Below, in pieces: positions 1 through 9,178 of a stretch of 64,000 nucleotides of DNA. The notes under the pieces were generated by a model. The model did no database searches and was not told the origin of the DNA. It saw nothing but the letters and a program-made list of their open reading frames with translations. Both the position numbers and the translations under genes were made by a program. The DNA is from Bacteroidia bacterium (GTDB taxonomy: Bacteria; Bacteroidota; Bacteroidia; NS11-12g; UBA9320): contig CBDCFW010000006.1 of assembly GCA_965216465.1 (NCBI GenBank), positions 672,001 to 736,000 of the forward strand, given 5' to 3'. Numbering within the stretch: the stretch's first letter is position 1; every line of letters starts with the position of its first letter.

Positions 1-943
1 AAGCGTAGCCAAACGGACCATTCAATCTAGGTGGATAATTGTCGCCAAAGTCACCGATGATGTGAAATTGCTCGGTTCTAACTTTACCAGCATTTACACG
101 TGTGCCGGTGCTATCCATTGTCCATATGGTTGACTCAACAACAAAATTATCATAGGTAGAATCTTCTAATGGGGTGTAAATCAGCATTCCCCATTCAGGG
201 TCAAAGTGAACACCAATTGGTGGATTAGCATTTGGATTATTGCAAGAACCAGGATTAGACCCCGGACATAAATACGCATCCGGAAAAATTGGATCTCCAT
301 TCCAAGCGCAAGACACTTGACTTGTTGAAGAAGTATGTGGGTGCATCAAGCCAAATGATACAGAATCGTTGTTTGACGACACCATAAAATTGGTATAGAT
401 TCCAGTGTTCTTGTAATAGAGAAATACGGCCTCAGTGTTGAAGAACCCTCCTTCCGGATTTAACCACGGCTTGACTTCTGCCCAATTGTAAGTATTACGA
501 TTAACACTTAAAGAACCGCAATTGGTGCTTCCTTGCATTCTTCCTGTAGCTTGAAACTGAAAACGCACTGTTTGATTCATTAAACCAGAATAGGCAGCGT
601 TGAAATCAACTGTATCCAAATAGGTATACTGCAGTATCCCCAATATTGAATCTCCAGAACCACATGAGCTGATTGAATCGTGATAGTTTGAAATATTCTT
701 TACTCCTTGCAACTTAGAATGAAGTGTGTCTACTGCACTTGAGTTTCCTTTGATAGAAAAGACGGCATGACTGTCCAACTGAAAGCTAGCATATCTGCAA
801 TCAGCATAGACAAGCAACCTTACTTCATATTTGTGAGCAGTATCGAGTCGATGATAATCTACTTGTGAACCAAGAAGCCGTTGAGCATAGCTACCAAAAG
901 AAAATAAAAGCAATGTAAGGAGGATTGCAGTCTTAGCTTTCAT
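1..943 (-). CDS. Exported protein, N-terminal part only (runs off the window edge); resembles large Bacteroidota T9SS/gliding-associated surface proteins
   Basis: Hand translation from ATG at 943: MKAKTAILLTLLLFSFGSYA-QRLLGSQVDYHRLDTAHKYEVRLLVYADC... It has a signal peptide, Gln at +1, and a 'GxxIxY...YEVxLxxYxDC'-type N-terminal motif. It is absent from the ORF track, as expected for a frame with no stop inside the window. Confidence 0.7.
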   Translation of the reverse strand, partial: MKAKTAILLTLLLFSFGSYAQRLLGSQVDYHRLDTAHKYEVRLLVYADCRYASFQLDSHAVFSIKGNSSAVDTLHSKLQGVKNISNYHDSISSCGSGDSILGILQYTYLDTVDFNAAYSGLMNQTVRFQFQATGRMQGSTNCGSLSVNRNTYNWAEVKPWLNPEGGFFNTEAVFLYYKNTGIYTNFMVSSNNDSVSFGLMHPHTSSTSQVSCAWNGDPIFPDAYLCPGSNPGSCNNPNANPPIGVHFDPEWGMLIYTPLEDSTYDNFVVESTIWTMDSTGTRVNAGKVRTEQFHIIGDFGDNYPPRLNGPFGYA

Positions 944-951
944 ATCTTATT

Positions 952-978
952 GACGTTTAGATGAATCGATACGTTGCA
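952..978 (-). promoter_or_regulatory. Candidate ECF-sigma promoter TGCAAC-N17-CGTC
   Basis: Minus strand reads TGCAAC gtatcgattcatctaaa CGTC, 8 nt before the ATG at 943. This fits the typical ECF AAC/CGT architecture. Confidence 0.45.
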
Positions 979-995
979 TTGCTCCAAAGAAAATA

Positions 996-1367
996 CTAAT
1001 CCATATACCAGTATAAGACATCTCCAGGGTCTATAAATATTTGTACCAAAATCGTCGTCACTCCAAGCAGGAAAATTGCAACATGTTTTGTTGATACAGC
1101 TTTAATCACAAGTGAAACAATTAAAGTAATCATACCCACCAAGACGCTAATCAGCATGGGTATAAATCCATACCAAACCACTAAGTATAAGAACTGCGAT
1201 CCAATATGTTTTGGGTCATTTATACTGGGTTTAGGAAAGTGTCCAAGGTCAACTATAGCCGAGAATAAGAAAAGATAAACTGTTGTAATCCAAATTAATG
1301 GGATGTACGAACACAGCTTGAATATCGATCGAACAAGATATGGGTTCTGGAACAACAGTTGCTTCAT
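996..1367 (-). CDS. Hypothetical membrane protein (3 predicted TM helices)
   Basis: 123 aa with hydrophobic segments and an LGHFPKPSINDPK loop; divergent from the CHAT gene. Confidence 0.7.
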   Translation of the reverse strand: MKQLLFQNPYLVRSIFKLCSYIPLIWITTVYLFLFSAIVDLGHFPKPSINDPKHIGSQFLYLVVWYGFIPMLISVLVGMITLIVSLVIKAVSTKHVAIFLLGVTTILVQIFIDPGDVLYWYMD

Positions 1368-1471
1368 ACAAACACCTAACGAAATTTTGGTAAAGATAAT
1401 GTTGTCGTTCCTATTTAATCTTTGCAGAAGAATTATTTACTTTACCGCTTTAAAGTGTATCAATCTTAAAC

Positions 1472-4400
1472 ATGCGAACTTGCTGGTTATCAATAATTCT
1501 CCTTTTAGTCTGTGCCACTTCTGCACAAACGGTAAAAGAAACTTGGGATGACGCTTATAAACAAAGTGAATCCCTCGAAAAGGAAGGTAAGCACCAAGAA
1601 GCATTTGACTTGTTTAGCAATGCGCATCTCAATGCGTTAAATGAATTAAGTGAGTATGATCAAGAGTTTAGTCACTACCGCATGGCTAAACTTGCTTTTA
1701 ACATTAAAAGCTACGAAAAGTCTATTGACCATTTCAATCAATCGGCAGAATTGTTAATTAAACTCGAGGGGCAAGAATATTCTCAGTTACAATACAACTA
1801 TCTCAGTATCATCAACGCGCTTAAAGAATTGGGTAAAAAAGATGAATGTGTGGCATATTATCAAAAGGTTTTGGCTCTCAACATTCTAGATCGTGAAAAG
1901 GTCCTACAACGCAACGAGCTTGCCGTACTTCTTTTTCAGCTTGGAGATACAACAAAAGCGTCTGAACAAATAGAATTATGTGCTAAAGCTTACTATGATT
2001 TGTCAGCATATTCAAAGTCAAAGTTGGGCTATGTTCGGATCTTAAGTAATCTAGGATACATCCATCTAGTTCAGGGTAAAGTTGTTGACGCTCAACGACT
2101 TTACATGCAAAGCATAGAGCATTGGGCCTCAATGGGATTTGGACAAACACCAGAGTTTGTTGCTGATGTGAAAGCTTATCAAGATGTTTTGGACCAGAAT
2201 GAAGGTCATGATGCCAGAGTCGAGCTCGAAAGCTTTTTGATTCGTCAAATGGAAGCTCGGAATGCTAAAAAGACACCTGAATATTTGATTGCTCATTATA
2301 ATCGTTCGCTATCTGCAAGTCTAGCATCTCATGATAGTGCAAACAGTTATGTGAAACAAGCAAAAAATGCTATTTACACGTCAGCGCCAACAAAACATAA
2401 ATGGCCTATTTATCTCGTAGATGGATATCAGGAATTTCTGAATGGTAACTACGACTCTTGCCGAACAAAGCTCTATCGACTTGCTCATGATATGGAATCA
2501 AATGGTTATTCTGACACTACCGTGTTTCGTTCAGCTGTTTATATTCTTTATCAGTCTCAAAGGTTATTAGGACTAAATGAGGATGCTGCACATAACATTA
2601 TGTATTACTACAACTTGCTTAAGGCGTCAGGACTAACTTCTGCACTGGATAAAACTTCTAGCGACTTGCGATCTTACTACCTCGAAATAGGCAAAACAGA
2701 TGACTTGGTTTACTTTGACCAGGATGAACTAGAACGTATTGAAGACCACTACGGAAAAACAACAGTTCAATACTATACGAAGCTGAATAACCTAATTGAA
2801 TCCTCTTACTATGGAGGCTACTGTGGAGATGTAAAACCGCACGTTATTGAAGCAAAGAAGTTATTGCCAAAACTGCAAGAAGAAGGCCGGCAATGGCTGT
2901 TTGACCAATACTCGTATTTGGCAACAGTTTCAAGTTCTTGCTACCATTATAAAACAGCGCTTGCACTCATAGAACTTGCTTCTAATCATGCTAGTAATTC
3001 TTTTGACAAGGTTGAACTTCATATGCTTAAAGCTGAGGTCTACGAAGAAGAAGAAAAGCACGAAAAATCCATATCCGAACTCGAAACCAGTATTGCGATT
3101 CTTGAACTAACATCACCACAAGATTCGTCGCTATTACCCGAGAGTTATATTCAGCTTTCTGAGCAATATGCAGCACAAGAAGACTATCTTGAAGCAAGCA
3201 AATGGACTCAAAAAGCTGTTGATTGCTACACAACACTATCCTCCAAGCATCAAAGGACAGAAAAGTACTTTCATCTGGTTTCAAACCACTTGTACAACCG
3301 TTCGATGAGCGACCAGCACGATGGAAACATGCAAAACGGAAGAGTAAATCTTCAACTTGCCGCTGACCTGTTTGGAAAACATAGCAGTGATTATGGAGAT
3401 GAGCTTCGGCAAATGATTAGTCTAAGTTACAATGCTGGGGCTTATGATTCTGCTGCTTACTACTTACAACTCGCATACAAAACGGCAGAGGCCATTAACC
3501 GTTCGACCGATGATGCTAATTTAGGTGCCGTACTATATAGTAGTACACTTCTACACTTAGAAATATGGAAGGGGTTGATTGAAGATAAATTAGATGAACC
3601 AATCAATTGGCGAAATAATCAATCCGAAGCTCCCAATTTCGAAAAAGAATTGGCCTCTGAATTTAAAGCGAACAATGCCTCTAACAACTTAAGTGATAAT
3701 CAGCTCAATTGGTTCTTTAAATCCAGCAACACTGCATATCAACAACTCTCTGCAGGCAACCTCTCGGCTGCATTAAATCTTTACCTAGAACTTCATTCAA
3801 AGGCGTCAAAGTTGCTTGACGAGAACAATGCTGAACGCTCTACTATAAATAAAGTCTTAGGCAAGCTGTATATGGAATTGGAAGACTATCCAAAAGCAGA
3901 AGCCCACCTATATAGTGCCCTGAAACAAAGTGCTGAGAATCGCACAAAGGCTATTCAAATACGCATGGATATAATGGAGCTGTACTTGAATATGGGAAGG
4001 GACAAAGAAGTTCTTTCTGAATTGCAATTCATTATCGAAGATTTAGAAGACTCCGATTTAGAACTCATTAACAGGACATATGTTCTTTTTGCCAAATATT
4101 ATCAGAACCAACGTAAATACCAGTTGGCAGTTAACATGTACGAGAAGATTAATGCTGCTTCCGACATTGATGATGTATTAAAAATGAGGGCATATCACGA
4201 GCAAGGATTAATGTATCGTGAAATGGGTGTAAGAAACATAAGCTTTAGTTACTTCAAAAAAGCCAAGTCTTTGTACGAAAAATACCTATCGAACAGTCAC
4301 CCCGACTACAGCTTGTTGATGTGCGAATTGGCGAATGAATATGCCATAAGATCAAATCATGATTCTGCACGATTGCTTTACAATGAGCACATTCCGAAGT

Positions 4401-6112
4401 TACGCAACAGTCTTGGAAGTGATCACCCAAAATTGAATAGAGTACTGCTTGATCTCGCTGTAATCAACCTTGTTCACTTTGACGATAAACAACTAGCCCT
4501 AAATCAGCTCAAAGAGGTGCAACAAAATCTAGTCAAACAACTAGATAAGGGGTTTTTAATCTCAACTGAACATCAGCGTGATGCTTTGATAAATACTGTT
4601 GAAGATCAAATCGATATCATCTTTCAAATGAGTTCTGATTTAAAGGATGACCATCCCGAAGTCAATGAAATTTGCTTGAACCTCAATTTAACTTTGAAGT
4701 CGTTGCTTCTCAAGAATAAAACCGAGATGTTAAGACAGCTTGAAAAGTCTAAAGACGTTGATATTCTACAGCTTGTATCTGAATACAAAAATGCTAAGAC
4801 CAAAATGGTATACCTCCAAACTAAGCCATTAAACGATCGAGAAAATGTGTTTGATCTTTACAGAAAAGTTGACTCTCTTGAGCAACAACTCGTTTCCAAC
4901 TATTCTAAGAATCGAACAAGCTCAGTTTCTCAAATCAACTGGCAAGAAATTCAGAAAAAGCTTACACCAGATGAGGTTGCTATTGAATTTGCTCAGTACA
5001 ACTTTCTGTCTCGAATTCACATGCCCGATAGCCTAGCCTATGTAGCCTATATAATTGGTAAAGAAGACCAATATCCTCAGCAAGTATATTTAGGAAGAAG
5101 TCAAGCTTTGAAGGAGCTTCTAAATTCTGCTCACACCGACGAAATTTATGCTCTCAGAGGTGCAGGTGTTGAAGAGAACTATACCTATGACCTGAATGGA
5201 CTTGCCAATCTATGGTCAAAAATTGATGACCAACTGGGCAATCCTAAAACAGTGCATTACGCCCCTGTAGGATCCTTGAACAACGTTCCATTTGCGGCTA
5301 TAAATGTAAACGGACAAGCACTTTGTCAAGAATATACACTCGTGCGATATACCAGTCTTATTGATTTAAAAAGAAAATCTAAATCGTTCACTACTAAACA
5401 GATACATGCGGTTGGAGGTGTTAATTTTGGCTCAGTTACTGTGAATGACAGCATCCAAAAAATCAGGTCAGGAACTTGGAGCGAACTCCCCGGAACACTG
5501 GATGAAGTAAAGGGCATCCAATCAACTTATGGGGATGAAATTGTTACCGTTTGGAGTGGACATAATGCTACTGAATCGATGTTTAAAGAGTCAATCTCAT
5601 CTGCAGATGTTATTCATCTAGCAACACACGGGTTCTATGAAAAGGAAGAGCCAAAAGGCTATATTGAAGAAGTTCAATACCGGTCGCATGCAACCAGTTC
5701 TATGAATAAGAGCGGGGTGCTGTTTGCAGGGGCCAATGCGGGCTGGCAATACGGCTATCAACCAAATGAGCAAGAAGACGGAATTCTATACTCCGCTGAA
5801 TTGGCCGAATTGGATTTATCTCACGTTCAGCTAGTTGTGATGAGCGCTTGTGAAACTGGACTGGGAAAAGTAGATGGATTAGAAGGTGTTTTTGGATTGC
5901 AAAGAGCTTTAAAACTCGCTGGAGCAAAAAACATAATCGTTTCACTTTGGCAGGTGCCAGATAAAGAGTCCTCAGAATTTATGCAACTCTTCTACACTCA
6001 ATTGAACGAGGTTAAAAATATCAGAACTGCATTTGTTGAAACGCAAAGAATTATGCAGCATCGCTATGCAGAGGAACCCTATAAATGGGCTGCATTTGTA
6101 TTGTTGGAGTAG
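1472..6112 (+). CDS. Exported TPR-repeat protein with C-terminal CHAT (caspase-like, clan CD) protease domain
   Basis: 1546 aa. Signal peptide ...VCATSA-Q, about 1000 aa of helical TPR-like repeats, and CHAT motifs 'VIHLATHGF' (catalytic His), 'VVMSACETGLG' (catalytic Cys), 'EGVFGLQRALKLAGA', 'SLWQVPD' and 'PYKWAAF'. Confidence 0.92.
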   Translation: MRTCWLSIILLLVCATSAQTVKETWDDAYKQSESLEKEGKHQEAFDLFSNAHLNALNELSEYDQEFSHYRMAKLAFNIKSYEKSIDHFNQSAELLIKLEGQEYSQLQYNYLSIINALKELGKKDECVAYYQKVLALNILDREKVLQRNELAVLLFQLGDTTKASEQIELCAKAYYDLSAYSKSKLGYVRILSNLGYIHLVQGKVVDAQRLYMQSIEHWASMGFGQTPEFVADVKAYQDVLDQNEGHDARVELESFLIRQMEARNAKKTPEYLIAHYNRSLSASLASHDSANSYVKQAKNAIYTSAPTKHKWPIYLVDGYQEFLNGNYDSCRTKLYRLAHDMESNGYSDTTVFRSAVYILYQSQRLLGLNEDAAHNIMYYYNLLKASGLTSALDKTSSDLRSYYLEIGKTDDLVYFDQDELERIEDHYGKTTVQYYTKLNNLIESSYYGGYCGDVKPHVIEAKKLLPKLQEEGRQWLFDQYSYLATVSSSCYHYKTALALIELASNHASNSFDKVELHMLKAEVYEEEEKHEKSISELETSIAILELTSPQDSSLLPESYIQLSEQYAAQEDYLEASKWTQKAVDCYTTLSSKHQRTEKYFHLVSNHLYNRSMSDQHDGNMQNGRVNLQLAADLFGKHSSDYGDELRQMISLSYNAGAYDSAAYYLQLAYKTAEAINRSTDDANLGAVLYSSTLLHLEIWKGLIEDKLDEPINWRNNQSEAPNFEKELASEFKANNASNNLSDNQLNWFFKSSNTAYQQLSAGNLSAALNLYLELHSKASKLLDENNAERSTINKVLGKLYMELEDYPKAEAHLYSALKQSAENRTKAIQIRMDIMELYLNMGRDKEVLSELQFIIEDLEDSDLELINRTYVLFAKYYQNQRKYQLAVNMYEKINAASDIDDVLKMRAYHEQGLMYREMGVRNISFSYFKKAKSLYEKYLSNSHPDYSLLMCELANEYAIRSNHDSARLLYNEHIPKLRNSLGSDHPKLNRVLLDLAVINLVHFDDKQLALNQLKEVQQNLVKQLDKGFLISTEHQRDALINTVEDQIDIIFQMSSDLKDDHPEVNEICLNLNLTLKSLLLKNKTEMLRQLEKSKDVDILQLVSEYKNAKTKMVYLQTKPLNDRENVFDLYRKVDSLEQQLVSNYSKNRTSSVSQINWQEIQKKLTPDEVAIEFAQYNFLSRIHMPDSLAYVAYIIGKEDQYPQQVYLGRSQALKELLNSAHTDEIYALRGAGVEENYTYDLNGLANLWSKIDDQLGNPKTVHYAPVGSLNNVPFAAINVNGQALCQEYTLVRYTSLIDLKRKSKSFTTKQIHAVGGVNFGSVTVNDSIQKIRSGTWSELPGTLDEVKGIQSTYGDEIVTVWSGHNATESMFKESISSADVIHLATHGFYEKEEPKGYIEEVQYRSHATSSMNKSGVLFAGANAGWQYGYQPNEQEDGILYSAELAELDLSHVQLVVMSACETGLGKVDGLEGVFGLQRALKLAGAKNIIVSLWQVPDKESSEFMQLFYTQLNEVKNIRTAFVETQRIMQHRYAEEPYKWAAFVLLE

Positions 6113-6118
6113 TTCGTG

Positions 6119-6712
6119 TTACATCGGAATTTTAAATCGCTCTAACTTGTCAGAATTAACCTTGCTATTCCCAAACGATTTGCTAATCTCTTCTGTAATT
6201 GGTGTAGCTGCCGATACCACCAAAATACTCGACTCTTCTTGAACATACTGAGTATTTATCGACTTGACAGGTAACTGTTCAACCGGAATATATACTTCTT
6301 TAATCACCTCTTTTACAACAGTTTGTGGAACATAGACCGTATCTCTAACTACCTGGGTCACTACTTCATTCTGAGGTACTACAACATCATTTGTTTGTGA
6401 CGAAAAGAAAACCGCTGCAATTATAAATATCGATGCACATGCAGATAAAACCCCGTACATCGGAATAGGCCTTTTCCAAAATACTGGTTTTACTTTTTGT
6501 GCAACTTTTTCCCTTAGATCTACCTGAATATGAGCATCTGGAGTAAGGGTTTTATCTCCTGAAAATAAGTTCTCAAACGAAGCGTTTAACTCATGCATCT
6601 CCTCATACTCATCAAGCGTCATTTCAGCCAGTACCACTTCTTGCTGGTCTGCTGTTAATGCCGAAAACTTCAATTCTTTTGCCCATTCGTGTATTTGCTC
6701 TATTCTTTTCAT
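6119..6712 (-). CDS. Putative anti-sigma factor (single TM helix)
   Basis: Overlaps the ECF sigma stop (ATGA). Short helical cytoplasmic N-terminus, one TM (MYGVLSACASIFIIAAVFF) and a low-complexity Val/Thr-rich exported tail. Confidence 0.7.
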   Translation of the reverse strand: MKRIEQIHEWAKELKFSALTADQQEVVLAEMTLDEYEEMHELNASFENLFSGDKTLTPDAHIQVDLREKVAQKVKPVFWKRPIPMYGVLSACASIFIIAAVFFSSQTNDVVVPQNEVVTQVVRDTVYVPQTVVKEVIKEVYIPVEQLPVKSINTQYVQEESSILVVSAATPITEEISKSFGNSKVNSDKLERFKIPM

Positions 6713-7263
6713 ATATCTGTTTTATATAATTTTAACTTCTGTGCGAGTTGCTTTCTACAGCTGAATAATCTTGATTTTACGGTTCCTTCTGCACATTGAA
6801 CAATTTGTGCAATTTCCTTTATGCTTAACCCCTGTTGATGGTGCAATACAAAAACCTCTTTATGCTCTATGCTCAATGCATTTAATGCTGACTCCATTGC
6901 CGATTTTATTCCACTATTGGTTAGTTGTTCGATGGCCGATCTACCCCCTGCTTCTACATGTGTAAGTTGTTGAATATCTACAACTTTGGGCCCTCTGAAC
7001 GATTTTCGGCATGCATTAAGTGCGACAGTATAAATCCAGGACTTAAAATTTTTGGTGGTATCAAATTTTTGTGGATTTTCAATAACCAATAAAAAAACGT
7101 CGTGAAGCAAGTCTTGAGCTCTAGCTTTATCGCCGACCATTCGGTACATGGTTGCCAAAAGTTTTTGACTGTATCGTAGATACAATTCATCAAAAGCACC
7201 AACAGACCCCTTTTGAATGAGGTCCATCAGTGCTTCATCTGAATATTTACGTAATCTCGTCAT
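6709..7263 (-). CDS. ECF RNA polymerase sigma-70 factor
   Basis: 184 aa. Region 2 motifs 'AQDLLHDVFL' and 'FKSWIYTVALN'; region 4 'GLSIKEIAQIVQCAEGTVKSRL'. Confidence 0.95.
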   Translation of the reverse strand: MTRLRKYSDEALMDLIQKGSVGAFDELYLRYSQKLLATMYRMVGDKARAQDLLHDVFLLVIENPQKFDTTKNFKSWIYTVALNACRKSFRGPKVVDIQQLTHVEAGGRSAIEQLTNSGIKSAMESALNALSIEHKEVFVLHHQQGLSIKEIAQIVQCAEGTVKSRLFSCRKQLAQKLKLYKTDI

Positions 7264-7267
7264 GAAC

Positions 7268-8395
7268 TTATAGAAGCTCAGTTACATCTTCAAGTTGACC
7301 AGTTCGCCTGGCAATTTCAATGATCAATTCCTTTATTCCTTCTGCTCGATAATCTTCGCTTTCTACATAGTGGTGATATAGTGTAACGAAGGTCATAAGA
7401 TAGTTGGAGTTCGATCCATCAACTACGCCCTGACTGATATCATTGCTAAGGTCTAATTTGATGTAATCGAGTAAAAATTTCTTTTCATAATTCTTCTTCA
7501 TCACAGCAATGTTGTCAAATTTCACAGAACAGTATTTATAAGCCATTCCCACATTATACATGCTATCTTTATAGGGCTCATACAAGGCCTTGTTTGATGA
7601 GATGGCGTAGTATAGCGGTCTGTTACAATGCGTTTTGATATGATCAATAACGGCAAGCTGCATTTCGTGATAATTTTTGCCGTTTAACGTATCTTTAACA
7701 AAGGCCGGAATTCCTAACTCTTTAAAATATCTGTCGCGATAATCCTTGAACATAATCAGTGAGGCATTAACAACTTCTACCTTCGGTTTAACCCCTTGCA
7801 CCTGTTGCAAAATCCATGTTGGGTAGGTGTCATTATCACCAACAGTAATCAAGATGGCATCGTCATCAACACTTTGCAACATATTGTAGCACCATGCATA
7901 AATACCAGGAGAAATATCATTGGATTCAAACCAACGGTGAGCTTGATTTTTAATGTTTTCATGATCACGCGTGATAACATAGTAGGTCATGAGGTCATCC
8001 ATCAATTCAACTCGATCGGGCCCAAGTTCTTGTGCTTTTTTGAGGTGCTCCACATCTTTTTCTAAATCGCGTAATCCGGAGTTGTAATAAGCTATATAAT
8101 GCCATTCGAATGTGCCAGGAATTGCCTCGCCAATGGTTTCTACTAGGCTATCTAACTCATGAGGAGACACCCCTGCATTATAGATTTTAAGCATTCGGTT
8201 GGCCATGTAGAAATTTAACCAAGCTTCTGTATCTTTATTGTTGGTTTCCAGATATTTACCCCATAAATCAGCTTGTGATTTATACCACTCTATTGTTCTT
8301 TTTTGCTTGACTAAAGAATATACGGTCTCACGTTTGTCTTGAGCATTTGCTCCAAGAAAGGTGATCAAAATAATCGTTATCAATAATTGTCTCAT
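7268..8395 (-). CDS. Exported protein with helical repeats and a domain resembling the soluble C-terminal part of DUF2723/TMEM260-family proteins
   Basis: Likely start ATG 8395 (MRQLLITIILITFLGANA-Q). Contains the motif 'YNMLQSVDDDAILITVGDNDTYPTWILQQVQGVKPKVEVVNASL'. First gene of the ECF operon. Confidence 0.65.
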   Translation of the reverse strand: MRQLLITIILITFLGANAQDKRETVYSLVKQKRTIEWYKSQADLWGKYLETNNKDTEAWLNFYMANRMLKIYNAGVSPHELDSLVETIGEAIPGTFEWHYIAYYNSGLRDLEKDVEHLKKAQELGPDRVELMDDLMTYYVITRDHENIKNQAHRWFESNDISPGIYAWCYNMLQSVDDDAILITVGDNDTYPTWILQQVQGVKPKVEVVNASLIMFKDYRDRYFKELGIPAFVKDTLNGKNYHEMQLAVIDHIKTHCNRPLYYAISSNKALYEPYKDSMYNVGMAYKYCSVKFDNIAVMKKNYEKKFLLDYIKLDLSNDISQGVVDGSNSNYLMTFVTLYHHYVESEDYRAEGIKELIIEIARRTGQLEDVTELL

Positions 8396-8399
8396 ACTT

Positions 8400-8428
8400 A
8401 TACTATCCAAAACTGAGTTCAAGGTTCA
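8400..8428 (-). promoter_or_regulatory. Candidate autoregulatory ECF promoter TGAACC-N17-TAGTAT
   Basis: Lies 4 nt upstream of ATG 8395, the start of the ECF operon. Confidence 0.4.
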
Positions 8429-8493
8429 AATATTTTTTAAACTTTTTCGTTCTTTCTCCATAAAAGCTTAAGTTTATCATTTCAAAGCAGACT

Positions 8494-9177
8494 ATGAAAT
8501 CGACATTATTTATTTCACTCTTAGTGCTTTTAGTCTCTGCAGCCAGTGGACAAACCAGTTCTTGGTCATTTGGAGCTATGGTCAGTCCTACAATTGAGTA
8601 TAGGATGTTATACTCTGATGGTCAAGCTATCGCTGATCGAGTTGTAGCATCGCGAGATAAAAATGAGAAAATGAAAGCTTCTTATCGAGCCGGAGTCTTA
8701 ACCCAAAGAACATTCAGCAATAATTTCGAATTTCAAACTGGTGTAATGTATTCAAACAGAGGGTTCCGATTTCCTCTTCCAGATCTAGTTTTTGAAGACC
8801 AGATTAATGCTTCTTCAGGATTCACAAGTCAAACTGCTGAACAAGCAGAGCCTCTTCCAAAAAATGTCTGGCACAGTTTTCATTATTTAGAAATTCCAGT
8901 TCAAGTAATAAAGAGTTTTGAGCGTGACAAGCTAAACATCAATGTTGGTTTGGGTACATCAGTTGACTTTCTAATTCATTCTTCTGAGCCTTATGACTTA
9001 AACAAGCTCAATATTACACCCACGGCAATTGCAGGTGTTGGTTTTCCTCTTGGACCAAGCAATCTTAATATTTATGGCTTCTATAGATTAGGTGTTCTAA
9101 AATTATCAGAAACACCTGTCGCCGCTAAACTCTGGAGTGCCGGCGTCCAATTCTCCTACTTTCTCCCCAAAAAGTAG
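8494..9177 (+). CDS. Outer-membrane beta-barrel protein (PorT-like/OMP beta-barrel family)
   Basis: Signal peptide, 'FQTGVMYSNRGF', 'HYLEIPV' and an amphipathic C-terminal strand. Confidence 0.75.
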   Translation: MKSTLFISLLVLLVSAASGQTSSWSFGAMVSPTIEYRMLYSDGQAIADRVVASRDKNEKMKASYRAGVLTQRTFSNNFEFQTGVMYSNRGFRFPLPDLVFEDQINASSGFTSQTAEQAEPLPKNVWHSFHYLEIPVQVIKSFERDKLNINVGLGTSVDFLIHSSEPYDLNKLNITPTAIAGVGFPLGPSNLNIYGFYRLGVLKLSETPVAAKLWSAGVQFSYFLPKK

Positions 9178-9178
9178 T

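Noticed and set aside
1472-8395. Type III-E CRISPR (Craspase) or gasdermin defence locus
   Set aside because: There are no cas genes, repeat-spacer array or gasdermin-like ORF, and the CHAT protein has a signal peptide.
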